A DNA stretch of 37,448 bases from Octopus sinensis (GCF_006345805.1 NW_021832738.1:1-37448); one strand, 5' to 3'. Counted from the stretch's first letter, positions 11,139 to 22,078 are shown. Notes: generated by a model from the sequence alone, not told the origin. Numbers and translations: made by a program.

Positions 11139-11745
11139 ATCATCATCATCGTTTAACGTCCCTTTTCCGCGCTAGCACGGGTTGGATGGTTTGACCGGGG
11201 TCTGGGAAGCCAAGGGCTGCACCAGCCTCCAGTCTGATCTGGCAGTGTTTCAACGGCTGGATGCCCTTCCTAACGCCAACCACTCCGCGAGTGTAGTGGG
11301 TGCTTTTTACATGCCACCTGCACAGATGCCAGGGGGGGGCTGGCATCGGCCACGATCGGTTGGTGCTTTTAACGTGCCACCGGCACGGAAGCCAGCCAAG
11401 GCGGCGCTGGCATCGGTCACGTTCGGATGGTGCTTTTTGTCCCCACCGGCACAGAAGCCAGTCGAGGCGGCGCTGGCATTGGCCACGTTCGGATGGTGCT
11501 TTTTATGTGCCACCGGCACAGGTATCACAACTACTATTTCCATTGATATTTATTTCGATGTTCATGTTCATGTACTTGACTCCACAGGTCTCCTCAAGCA
11601 CAGCGGGGTGTTCTGGAATCCAAGGTACTTTGAATGGGCAGGGGCTATGCGGAACTGGTGCAGGAAGCACCCGGGTCTTTGCAGTCACAGCATATCTCTA
11701 GAGATCTCGGTCCTTCGCCATTGCCTCAGTGAGGCCCCAGTGCAT
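11139..11745 (-). mobile_element. 5'-truncated RTE-type LINE 3' end, or derived SINE, with an internal ~60-bp tandem array
   Basis: Minus strand gives GLTEAMAKDRDL*RYAV (RTE ORF C-terminus GL....A.DR..WR), four ~60-bp units, a GGAAGGGCATCCAGCC motif and a (GAT)n tail. Confidence 0.7.
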
Positions 11746-11788
11746 TATGTGGTCGGTCGGTTCAGCTGAAAATATGCACACCTATGAA

Positions 11789-12847
11789 CCCTTTCGTTAC
11801 TATATTTCTGACCAAAATACATCCCTTATGTGTTTCAATTAATTTCTAACATAATCATAAATTTAGTCTGGTTTCATTAAACAACTATAACTTTTTTATT
11901 TATCAATATCTTAATGTGATTTTTGGAAGATAATTTAATGAAATGTTCTCAACCAATTCTATACTATAATTTTTGTCACAAAGTGACACTAATTGCAGGT
12001 AGATACAGGTAAATTCAACAATATATAAAATTATTAAAATTTTGTTCAAACATCGCTATAGAAAATGGGTTATCAGCTAATATTCAATTGGGTATACAAC
12101 AAAATTTTACGATAGATTTTCTTATTCTGGGTAACTTTCTGATACCCATAATAATGTTTATGGCAAAATAGTCTTAATTTCATTTAAGGTTGTGGGAAAC
12201 CACTAACTATCCTTTCTTTCGCTTTGTTTACATTTAGCGTGACGGTTTGTTTCCGCCGTAATGATTTCAAATAGGCTCATTCGAAAAAGTAAAAAGAAAT
12301 AGTCTAAGGCTTTACTCTCCTGGGAAAGTCTGTGGCTTGGTCCAGTTTCTTCAGAAAAATCACCGAAAGGAACAGTTTTTCAATTTTCACTCCATTCAGG
12401 TGCCAATTCATTTTCTTTATCGCTGTCGGCGCTCTCGGATTCACTGTTTTCACTTTCGGAAAATGAAACATCAGATTCATTATCAAATACCACGTGCTTT
12501 TCTTTTTTCAGTCATAGAGTTAGATTTATCAATGTCTTCAGTAGAAAATCCTTCGAATTCTGACTCGCTGCTTGATATAATGAAATTCGTATCCATTTTT
12601 TGTCAGAATTACAAATTTTGAAAACACAATAGGAACAAATTTCGGAAAAAAATCTCCCAAAATTCACGGAATTAAAATTACACTTCGATCGTTGTACAAA
12701 AGTGTATATGAACTGTTTACGAAGTATAATCACGTGTTTTCACGAATGTACTAAAGAGATTTGCTCTGATAGGTAAATACGGGCGGGTTTGGTCACATTT
12801 ACCAAAATTTTTTTCGGGCGGTTTTGGCCGGTTTGGTAACGAAAGGG
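11789..12847 (-). mobile_element. Internally deleted piggyBac element (1,059 bp)
   Basis: 12-bp TIRs CCCTTTCGTTAC / GTAACGAAAGGG; flanks TGAA (mutated) and TTAA; minus-strand transposase N-terminal remnant ~12596-12115 (SESEFEGFS...GP...LDYFFLLF...EIITAETNRHA...WFPTT..EIK...MGI.KLP). Confidence 0.88.
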
Positions 12848-13612
12848 TTAAAAGTGCTGGCAAGTTTGCATGACAACTATTTTTTTCCTCAAATGAAAGG
12901 CGTGACCTCTAGGACAAAATTCCTCATCTTATAAAATGTGGCCCCAGTAGACTCGAATGAAATCGGGTTATATTAACCAAAAGGTGAAAAGGGGTATAAA
13001 TGGGGCTGGAAGGGGATTAAAATTTAAAGGAGCGAGTGTTTAGGAATTCTCTGTTACATCAAGCTAAAAAATTTGCGCCAGCCTTTTAATCTTCAATGTG
13101 TTGCCGTCCATGATGAAGAGGTTTTGAATGCTTACCATGGTGAGTCTACTGTCGTGAGAAAGAATCACTTCAAAACTTGGTGTTTACGAATTTTCTTTTA
13201 CATCAAGTTCAAAATTTTACGCCAGCGGTTAAACTGTCAATACGTTGCTGTCCGTCGTTAAGAAATGCCAGTCATGGTGACTCTACTATCCTCACATTCT
13301 ATCCCTTCAAACTTTGCTTTCCAATATTTTATTATTTTTATTCAGCTCGCAAGTTCGTCTGTCCCTTTTCAATGTTAGCGTTTTGCTGTCTGCCTTGAAG
13401 CAGACCTTTCCGTTGTTACTGCCTGATATTTATGATTGATCTTTCTTCTAAATATTTTATTTCTCAACTTACTCAAGATCTTTTGTTGTTTATAAATGGG
13501 AGATAGATAGATAAAGATAGAGAATAAGAGAAAGCGAGGGAGAGTCCGACAGAAAAGTAAAGTAAGAAAGTGGGAAAGTGAGAGAGAAAGGAGAGAGAAA
13601 CAAAGAGGGAGA

Positions 13613-13914
13613 ATCATCATCGTTTAACGTCTGTTTTCCGTAATAGCACGGGTTGGACAGTTTGACCGGGGTCTGGGAAGCCAGGAGACTGCACCAGGCT
13701 CCAGTCTGATCTGGCAGTGTTTCTACAGGTGGATGATCTTCCTAACGCCAACCACTCTGTGAGTGTAGTGGGTGCTTTTTTCGTGCCGCCGGCACAGGTG
13801 CCAGGGGGGCTCGCAGCGGCAACGATCAGTTGGTGCTTTTTACGTGCCACTGGCACAGAAGCCAGTCAAGGCGGCACTGCAATCGGCCACGTTCGGATGG
13901 TGCTTTTTACGTGC
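13613..13914 (-). mobile_element. Second, shorter RTE-tail/SINE copy inside Helitron A1
   Basis: Diverged homolog of 11139-~11450 with a (GAT)n tail. Confidence 0.7.
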
Positions 13915-13950
13915 TGAAAGGAAGCAACAGAAAGTAACAACCACACTCTT

Positions 13951-13969
13951 ACCCGCGCGTAGAGCGGGT
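13951..13969 (+). terminator. Helitron 3' subterminal hairpin of A1 (homologs 21525-21543, 28640-28658, 37236-37253)
   Basis: ACCCGCGC-GTA-GAGCGGGT, 9 nt before CTAG. Confidence 0.85.
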
Positions 13970-14420
13970 CACTTTCAGCTAGTCTCTATATATAAAACTG
14001 AATTGCGTTTTTACCGCTTGGATCGCTGTCAATGCCACTACATCCCGTCCGATTCGCTCCAACATTTACAGGGACATGTAGAATGAGGTGACGATGCACC
14101 TGGGCTACCTTAGAAATCCCTACCTTAAAAGGTGTGGTTGCTAGGGGCCATCTTCCTCACTCACCCTATTTCCTCCAGTACTCTCTCACTCCTCTTCATT
14201 TGACAATGCCACTACGGTTATTTAATGTAAAGTCTTCCTCAAATCACTCTCTCGCTGTTTCCTCTCTTCCAAGAACATTTTCACTCAGTCTTATCTCTTA
14301 GCTTCCCATACATTTTACTCATGTATCTATCAGCGTTCATAGACAGAAACAAATATTACATCGCCATCGCCATCGCATTCTATTGTCTACCTGTCAACAC
14401 ACACACACACACACACACAC

Positions 14421-14454
<34 letters not shown>

Positions 14455-14553
14455 CATATATCTAATATTATATTTTTATTTTTATGTTTTTGTTTTTTTT
14501 ACTGTTTCATTTCCCTATTAGTGGTTTGATCTCTAATTTAATTTCTACAGCGT

Positions 14554-14599
<46 letters not shown>

Positions 14600-14726
14600 C
14601 TATATGTGGCCCCAGTACACCTGAATGAAATCGGGTTCTCTTCATCAAAATGTGAAAAGGGGTCTACAATTATCATTGCCACAACTTATGTATGTCTTCC
14701 TCACTCACTCTTTTTCCTAATGATAA

Positions 14727-15480
14727 TTATCATCGCCACCACCACCACCACCAACACGCAATCATGACAATCTTTCTCTTAAAACAAATCATGTTTACAT
14801 TGCAAAATATTTCATTTTCCCGTCCTCTCTTTCATATATCACCTTTTCTTTCTCCAGCTCTCTCTTTTTTCGCCGTCTCTATTTATTTTACAACGAGTCT
14901 ATCAATGACAGCCGCAAAAGTTTCAATATTCCTACTTCACCTCTTTCAGAAACGCAACAGATATTATTCTTTTTGCCGGGGTTAAAGCCCACTACATCCC
15001 GTCGGATTCACTCCAAAATTTACACCTTCTCTTTCTACCTCTAACTCCCATTCAATTTCTCTTTATCTCCATTCTTAAAGATAATTATCATCGCCACCAA
15101 CACACAATCTGGACAATATTTCTCTTAAAACAAATCATGTTTACATTGCAACGACGTCTGCCACCTCTGCCGTCTCTATTTATTCTGCAACGAGTCTATC
15201 AATGACAGCCGCAAAAGTTTCAATATTCCTACTTCACCTCTTTCAGAAACGCAACAGATATTATTCTTTTTGCCGGGGTTAAAGGCCACTACATCCCGTC
15301 GGATTCACTCCAAAATTTACACCTTTTCTTTCTCCATCTCTCTCTTTTTTCACCTTCAATACTTTTTCTATATATATATAACCATGTTAACCACCTCCAC
15401 CGTCTCCCTTTCTCTGCAAAAGTTTCAATATTCCCACTTCAGCTCTTTCAGAAAGGTAACAGATATTATTTATTCTTGCG
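14727..15480 (+). repeat. 297-bp-period internal repeats in the A2 5' non-coding region (unit 2: ~29377-30125)
   Basis: CCACTACATCCCGTCGGATTCACTCCAAAATTTACAC at 14989 and 15286; third partial unit near 15400-15480. Confidence 0.85.
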
Positions 15481-15662
15481 TGGATAAATACAATTTATTT
15501 CTATGCTCAAGCTGGCTGTCGTTAACAACAATTTTTCTGTAAGTTTTACAAATTTTCCACTTTTGATATATTTACATCTTAATTATTTTATTCGTTTTCT
15601 CATTCTAAACAGAATCAACTTTAGCATAACAAATATTTCATTTTCCAGATTTTCTTTTCAAT

Positions 15663-15743
15663 ATGCCTAGGCGTAAGCGCTCCAACTTATCAAACCACCG
15701 AGATAGAGTCAGGAAATCGAAAAGGAGGGAGGCACATGCTCGG
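15663..15743 (+). CDS. Predicted exon 1 of Helitron Rep-Hel (MPRRKRSNLSNHRDRVRKSKRREAHAR)
   Basis: MPR.KRSNL start typical of animal Helitron Rep-Hel; GTAATT donor at 15744, phase 0; matching acceptor TTCAG at 16723. Confidence 0.7.
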
Positions 15744-16723
15744 GTAATTTTTTGATTACTAAATAGCCTTTTTACCTAAAAGACAAATATTTCTAATACG
15801 GGCTTTTCGCTTGCCTTCTGGTGATAACTTTCCGTTTTTTAAATTTTTTTTTTAACATTTTACTTCACTGAAAATATTACAATCATTAACATAATCCCTC
15901 ATTCACTATCTTTTCTGCATTTTTCTAAGCTATACTCTAATCACATTTTCCCAATCCTTTAACAGTCAATTAAAAAAAAAAAAGGATTCATATTTCATAA
16001 GTTCAATGTATATGAGCTCTTCCTTCTTTTAAAATTTACTGAGGAAAACTGACAATATATACCCCTATTTTTCATCATTTTTTTCTGCACATTGCTCTTT
16101 ATCCTCCTTTTCTCCATCAAGGATCAATCACATATTTCTTCGCTTCATTTATATATGTGTCTGTGTGTGTGTGTGTGTGTGTATTCTATATATAAATATA
16201 TATATAGCGAGAATCTTTCTCTTAAAACAAATCATGTTTACGTTTAAAAATATTTCATTTTAACATATTTTTAGAACCCTACATTTTTTCCTGCTACATT
16301 TTCATTTGTTACTACGTTTTTCTTTTTAAATTCATGCTTTTTTTAAATGAAATCTAATTCTCTTCGTCAACATTTCGTTTCTTCGGATAATAGGGAAATT
16401 CCTATTACCAGTCACAGATATAACTCCACAACCCTCTTTTTAATAATTCTTCAGCACATTGCTTTTTTTCCACCTTTTCTCCCTGAGGCTCATTTCTTGC
16501 AATCCTCAACCGCCCAAAACGCGCCCATGGAGCAAATACAAACACAACACACAACGAGCCTTCGTCTTCTGGTGATAACGTACGTTTTTTTTATCTATTA
16601 CATTTTCACATTTATTTACAACCCTGACAACTTTTCCTGCTAAATTTTCATTTGTTACTACTTTCTTATTTTTTCTTAAATTGATGCTTTTATTAAAATT
16701 AATTCTAATTGTCTCGAATTCAG

Positions 16724-19700
16724 CGTCAACGCTCACGTATGACAGACACTCCAGTTGCGAGGGAGGCACGTCTTACTGCACAACGCGAAAGCACCCGAAT
16801 GGTGAGACTTGCTGACACACATGATGAAAGGGAGGCACGTCTCGCTACTGACCGCATTCAAGCACAACAAAGAAACCCCAATCAGACAGCAGAACAGACA
16901 CAAGTTACACGGTCTATAGCACAACGAAAACTCAAGCAAAATAAGGCTGCTAAGAGGGATGCGTTCTGGTACAGGGCCGCCTTCATCTACGATCCTGCTA
17001 AAAACTATGCCAACAACAACAAAGTGACCATCGGAAAGATGGACAAAATTTGTTCCTCCTGTGGGGCCAAAAAGTGGGATTTCGATGTTCCCGGTCTTTG
17101 CTGCTCTCAAGGAAAAGTCCGACTCCCACCGTTACCTGATCCACCTCAGGTTCTTCTAGAATTGCTTACAAGTCCATCTGACGGTGCAAAGCATTTTCGT
17201 GAAAGAATTCATAGGTTTAATTCGTGCTTCTCAATGACATGCTTTGGAACAACGAGCATACCAGGTTTACAAAAAAATAAAAATAAACAAAATATGCCAC
17301 GACCTTCAAATGTTGCTTCGACAACAACTGAAAATCTCAGTGTCCCGGGACCTTCATGGACTGTTACAACAACAATAACGGAAAACCTCAATGTCCCTGG
17401 ACCTTCAAGAGCTGTTGCGAAAACAGTACTGGAAAACCCCCATATCGACAGACATTCTACAAAGCCTAATTATCATTCAGAGAAGTATGAACATTTTTAC
17501 ACATACAAAATTCATGGACAGTGCTACCATCAAATGGGAAGTCTTCGGCCGATTCCTGGTAAAGAGCCTACATTCATGCAGGTTTTCTTTGTTGGTGGTC
17601 ACGATGAGGAACTTGCTATAAGGAAAAAAAATAATCCAAAACTTGAGCGGCGTGTAATTGAAGTACTTCAGATGATGCGCCACCAGACTCATCCTTATGT
17701 TCGTGAGTTCAAAAATGCAATGGATACGTTGGATTCTCAACCTCATTTAAAATTGGTGATACATGCCGACAAAACTCCTGCCGGTGAGCACCCTGGTCGT
17801 TTCAACGCTCCAACTACGAATGAAGTTGCAGCACTCATGGTCGATGAGGTCCATGGAAATCGTGACATAATCCTCCGTCACCGCGACGAAGACGTGACTT
17901 TTGTTTCAGAATTACACTGATGTTACGATTGCTTGCAGTACCCTCTCCTTTTTCCTCATGGAGAGGATGGATACCACTTTGAAATTCAAAAGGTTGATCC
18001 CACAATTCTCACACTTCTTGACAAGAAGGTTTCCTGCAAGTCATTTTACGCCTATCGACTCATGGTGCGGGAAAACGATTTCAATTTATTACTAAGGTGC
18101 CATTCTTTGACCAATCAGTTTTTGGTCGACATGTATTGTAAAGTTGAGTCCGAACGTTTAAAATACATTCGTTCCCACCAGGACCAATTAAGAGCAACAG
18201 AATACGTTAATCTAGAGGATGCAATGCGTCAAGACGGTGATGCAGCCAACGTTGGAAAACATATTATTCTTCCTTCAACCCTTATTGGCTCACCTCGGTA
18301 TATGAATAAACGAATGCAGGACGCAATGACATACCTCGGTAAGTTTGGAAAGCCGGATCTCTTCATTACATTTACCTGCAATCCTACCTGGCCAGAGATT
18401 AAAGAGAATGTGTTCGCTGGGCAGCTGCCAGAGCACAGACATGACATTGTGGCGCGCGTTTTTCATGCCAAGTTGAAGAAAATGCTATTTTTAATGAAAG
18501 TTTTGAATATTTTTGGCCCACTGTCTGCTTGGATGTATACTGTGGAATGGCAGAAGAGAGGTCTTCCACACGTTCATATGCTAGCCTGGTGTCAGGATAG
18601 AATCTACCCTGTGGATATTGACAGAATTATATCTGCTGAGTTGCTCGATCAAAATGCTGATCCTCAGCTGCACATCAGTGTGACAAAGCATATGATTCAC
18701 GGTCCATGTGACTTTTATCCGAGAAGTCCATGCATGAAGAATAAAAGATGTTCGAAGCGGTACCCTAGAGACTTTTGCGGTCAAACCTGCACTACGAATG
18801 AAGAAGGAAGAACGTCATTGGGCGTGTGTATAATATTCATCCTACCAAACAGGAAATCTTCTTTTTGAGAATGCTACTTCATGTAGTTACTGGACCGAAG
18901 TCTTTTGCTTATCTTCGCACGGTTGATGGTATCATCTGCGCCACTTACAGGGAAGCATGTTTGAGGCGCGGACTTCTTCTCAATGACGACCACTTACACA
19001 GGACATTAGCAGAGGCCTCAAATTGTAAACTGCCATGGCAAATGCGTCGATTGTTTTGTAGCATATTAATCCACTGTAATCCCAGCAACCCTCTTAACCT
19101 TTGGGAATCGTTCAGACAGAGCCTATCAAAGGACATACAGGCTAATTTAGCGCTACGTGATGGCAACGACGATGTTTATAATGAGGCATTAATCGACATG
19201 GACAGACACATCAGACGCTATGTTATACGCGGTTTAAGTGATTTCCATCTGCCAACACCTGTCCATCATGAAGCGCCTTTGGATGTTGAATACATGTCAG
19301 AAAAAAACTACAACATTGCCGAATTGATGGAAACAATTACGCGAGATGAACCAAGACTTTTGCCTGAACAAAGAGAGATTTATAATGAAATTATTGACAG
19401 CGTTAGATTGAACCAAGGAAAGCTTTTCTTTTTGAATGCTCCAAGTGGTACTGGTAAAACTTTCGTTATCAATTTGATTCTCGCAAAGCTGCGCGCTGAA
19501 CGTCGAATTGCCATTGCATGTGCCTCAAGTGGTATTGCAGCGACACTGCTTCAAGGCGGCCGAACGGCACATAGTGCATTCAAATTGGCCATGGACATTG
19601 GAAAGAAAGATAATCCTATATGTAATATAGATCGTAGTTCCTCAAGAGCAAGACTTCTTCGTGAATGCAGTCTTTTTATTTGGGATGAGGCTACAATGAG

Positions 19701-20578
19701 TAATAAGGCCATGTTTGAAGCTCTTGACAGAACTCTCCAAGATTTGCGTCACAATACAAAAATAATGGGTGGAGCTACGTTTCTCATGGCAGGAGATTTT
19801 CGACAAACTCTTCCTGTTGTCCGAGCAGGCACTAGAGCCGATGAGGTTAATGCATGTATAAAGCATTCTTATGTGTAGCACAGTGTTATCAGTCGCCATC
19901 TTCAAACAAACATGAGAGCCCACCTACATGGTGATGTGGAGTCTGAGGCTTTCGCAAAACACCTATTAGATCTTGGTGATGGAGTTTTGCCTTTCGTTGA
20001 TGATGAGCATATTCGGTTGCCTTTTGGGAATTTCGTTCCAAATATAGAGGAACTTTCAAGTCCATCGATACAAATAAAGATGAGAATGATGCAGTCAAAT
20101 ATCCACCCGAGCTACTCAACAAGCTAACACCTCCGGGACTTCCACCTCATCATTTGTGTTTGAAAGTTGGTGCTCCAATCATGGTGCTCAGAAATATGGA
20201 AACGCCTGAAATATGCAATGGAACCCGAATGGTTATTAGGAGGATTCAAAGCCATGTAATAACTGCTGAAATTTTGAGTGGACCATTTGTAGGAACAATC
20301 AAGATGATACATAAAATGAGTATTTCACCCTCTGATGTTCCCATTCAGTTTAAACGCTTTCAATTTCCGATAAAACTATGCTTCGCGATGACAATCAACA
20401 AGTCACAGGGACAATCACTGGACATTGTAGGCATTAACCTGTCACAACCGGTTTTCAGTCATGGTCAATTGTACGTAGCCTGTTCTCGAGTTGGAAATCC
20501 ACATAACTCTTCATTCTTGGCAATCATGAGCGCACAAGGAACGTGGTTTATCAGGAGGCTCTGACAAAAGAAAACTGA
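16724..20578 (+). pseudogene. Helitron Rep (HUH) - PIF1 helicase, copy A
   Basis: C..CGA.KW...CC..GKV Zn motif, FITFTCNP, EWQKRGLPHVH, GTGKT, IWDE, GDFRQTLPV, CNGTR, QFPIKLCFAMTINKSQGQS, FSHGQLYVACSRV. Lesions: TGA at 17918, 589-bp deletion at ~18802, TAG at 19876, 145-bp deletion at ~20053, 1-bp deletion near the end. Confidence 0.95.
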
Positions 20579-21449
20579 TTGTAAGTCATGAATTTTGCTT
20601 GATTTTTTATTTTTGCACCTCTTCATTCTTGAAAATAAAGACATTAAAGAGAACATGGTTCATAAAGAACGTTGGGTTCAGATGTTTGCAAACATTTGAT
20701 CCAACTCATTCTCTTTATTCCTCATTTTCCAATTCCTTCTACGTCTCCATTAAACGGTTTTGTCAAGTTATTGTTTCTTCGCTAACATAAGACATTCATA
20801 AAGTGAATGAGTTTGTTAATTACATTTTATATACACTATTCCATTGTTTTAGGTGGTGTCGAAAGGACTGGCATGTGTCACCATATAAACTCTCTCAGTC
20901 AAACTCCCAACTCATGAGTTCACGTCGTGATACTCTTTCTACAAAACTGAGCTGGGTGTGAATTCTAATTTCATTCACTATTACAGATTTTTTTATTTTT
21001 GAAACAAACACATTGCCTCTTTCGCTTTAAAACAATAAAACAATGCTACCTTAATACATTGGTCCAACAAACAAAACGTCCAACACTCACATTCTTTTAT
21101 GTACCTGTCTTCCTCCATCACTCACTCACTTTTCTCCCTTCCTTTCACTTTCTATCTATAACGTCGTTTCACAGCGTCTACCTCCCTTACATTCACTTTT
21201 TCTTTATAACGTCGTTTCACAGCGTCCGTTATCCCCACTCCCTGCCTTCCACAGCGCTTTCACACACTCTCACTCTCTACATCTGTCTGCATTCATAGAG
21301 AGAATTATCATCGCCACAACAACCACTCAATCATGACAACAAATATTATGAATCAGATATTTATTGGGTTAATTTATATATGTGTGTGTGTATCTATATA
21401 TAAATATGTATATATAATAATTTTTATATGTACAAAGTGCATATATCTG

Positions 21450-21493
<44 letters not shown>

Positions 21494-21554
21494 GTATACA
21501 TTTATATATATATACCACGCTCTTACCCGCGCGTAGCCCGGGTCACTTCAGCTA

Positions 21555-21555
<1 letters not shown>

Positions 21556-21605
<50 letters not shown>

Positions 21606-21677
21606 CATATATATATATATATATACATATATGTGTGTATATATGTATATATGTATATATGTATATATATATATGTG

Positions 21678-21728
<51 letters not shown>

Positions 21729-21765
21729 TATACAGAGAGAGAGAGAGAGAGGGGGTGAGAGAGAG
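21556..21765. repeat. (TA)n/(GA)n microsatellite, right flank of the Helitron dimer
   Basis: Direct reading; begins with T after CTAG. Confidence 0.93.
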
Positions 21766-21972
21766 AAATTGTGAAGTGGGAGGGAGAAAGAAGGAAATAA
21801 TGATAATGCGTGAGTTGGGGGTTTATAGAAGGTGTTCCGAAATTAAGGGAACGAAAGTTTCGGGCTTTAATGACTATCAATAGATAGTGTGTCTTGTCTT
21901 TGCTTCAGACCAAATAAATTCAGATTTATGGATTAGATAATGACTCTAGACCGAAATACAATCATAATACTC

Positions 21973-22078
21973 TCCAAGGAGATTGTTGAAGGCATGCTGC
22001 CCTAACTGCTGTTCACTGATGAAAAGAAATTTCACATTGAATAGACTGTGAACCAGCAAAATGGCCAGCCTTGGAGTG
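21973..22078 (+). pseudogene. Possible Tc1/mariner transposase remnant, unit 1 copy
   Basis: LFTDEKKFHIE*TVNQQNGQPW. Confidence 0.45.

Larger units (their letters stand above)
10378..13982 (+). mobile_element. Non-autonomous Helitron A1 (3,605 bp) carrying nested elements
   Basis: 5' TCTCTATATATAAAACTG after A; 3' hairpin at 13951-13969 then CTAG at 13979-13982; first ~200 bp and last ~40 bp shared with A2. Confidence 0.88.
13983..21555 (+). mobile_element. Rep-helicase Helitron A2 (7,573 bp), inactivated
   Basis: 5' TCTCTATATATAAAACTG; 3' hairpin at 21525-21543, CTAG at 21552-21555, then T; contains the Rep/PIF1 pseudogene. Confidence 0.93.

Noticed and set aside
11330-11525. Regular ~60-bp repeats that could be mistaken for a CRISPR array
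   Set aside because: The whole unit repeats with no unique spacers, there are no cas genes, the context is eukaryotic, and it lies inside an RTE/SINE tail.
11139-13914. Two same-orientation repeats flanking ~1.9 kb, like LTRs
   Set aside because: They have (GAT)n tails, unequal lengths and clear divergence, with no TG..CA ends, PBS or target duplication; they are independent non-LTR tails.
16200-16212. TATATAGCGAGA resembling the mini-Helitron 5' end in reverse
   Set aside because: Only ~12 low-complexity bases match and there is no corresponding 3' terminus.
16488-16571. Possible 84-nt phase-0 cassette exon inside intron 1 (AHFLQSS..LRLL)
   Set aside because: GAG acceptor, weak GTGATA donor, and the unit 2 copy has an extra base that breaks the frame; unsupported without RNA data.
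20581-20586. Perfect GTAAGT donor 2 nt after the Rep-Hel stop codon
   Set aside because: The helicase C-terminus is already complete, AATAAA follows at 20634, and no partner acceptor can be tied to it.
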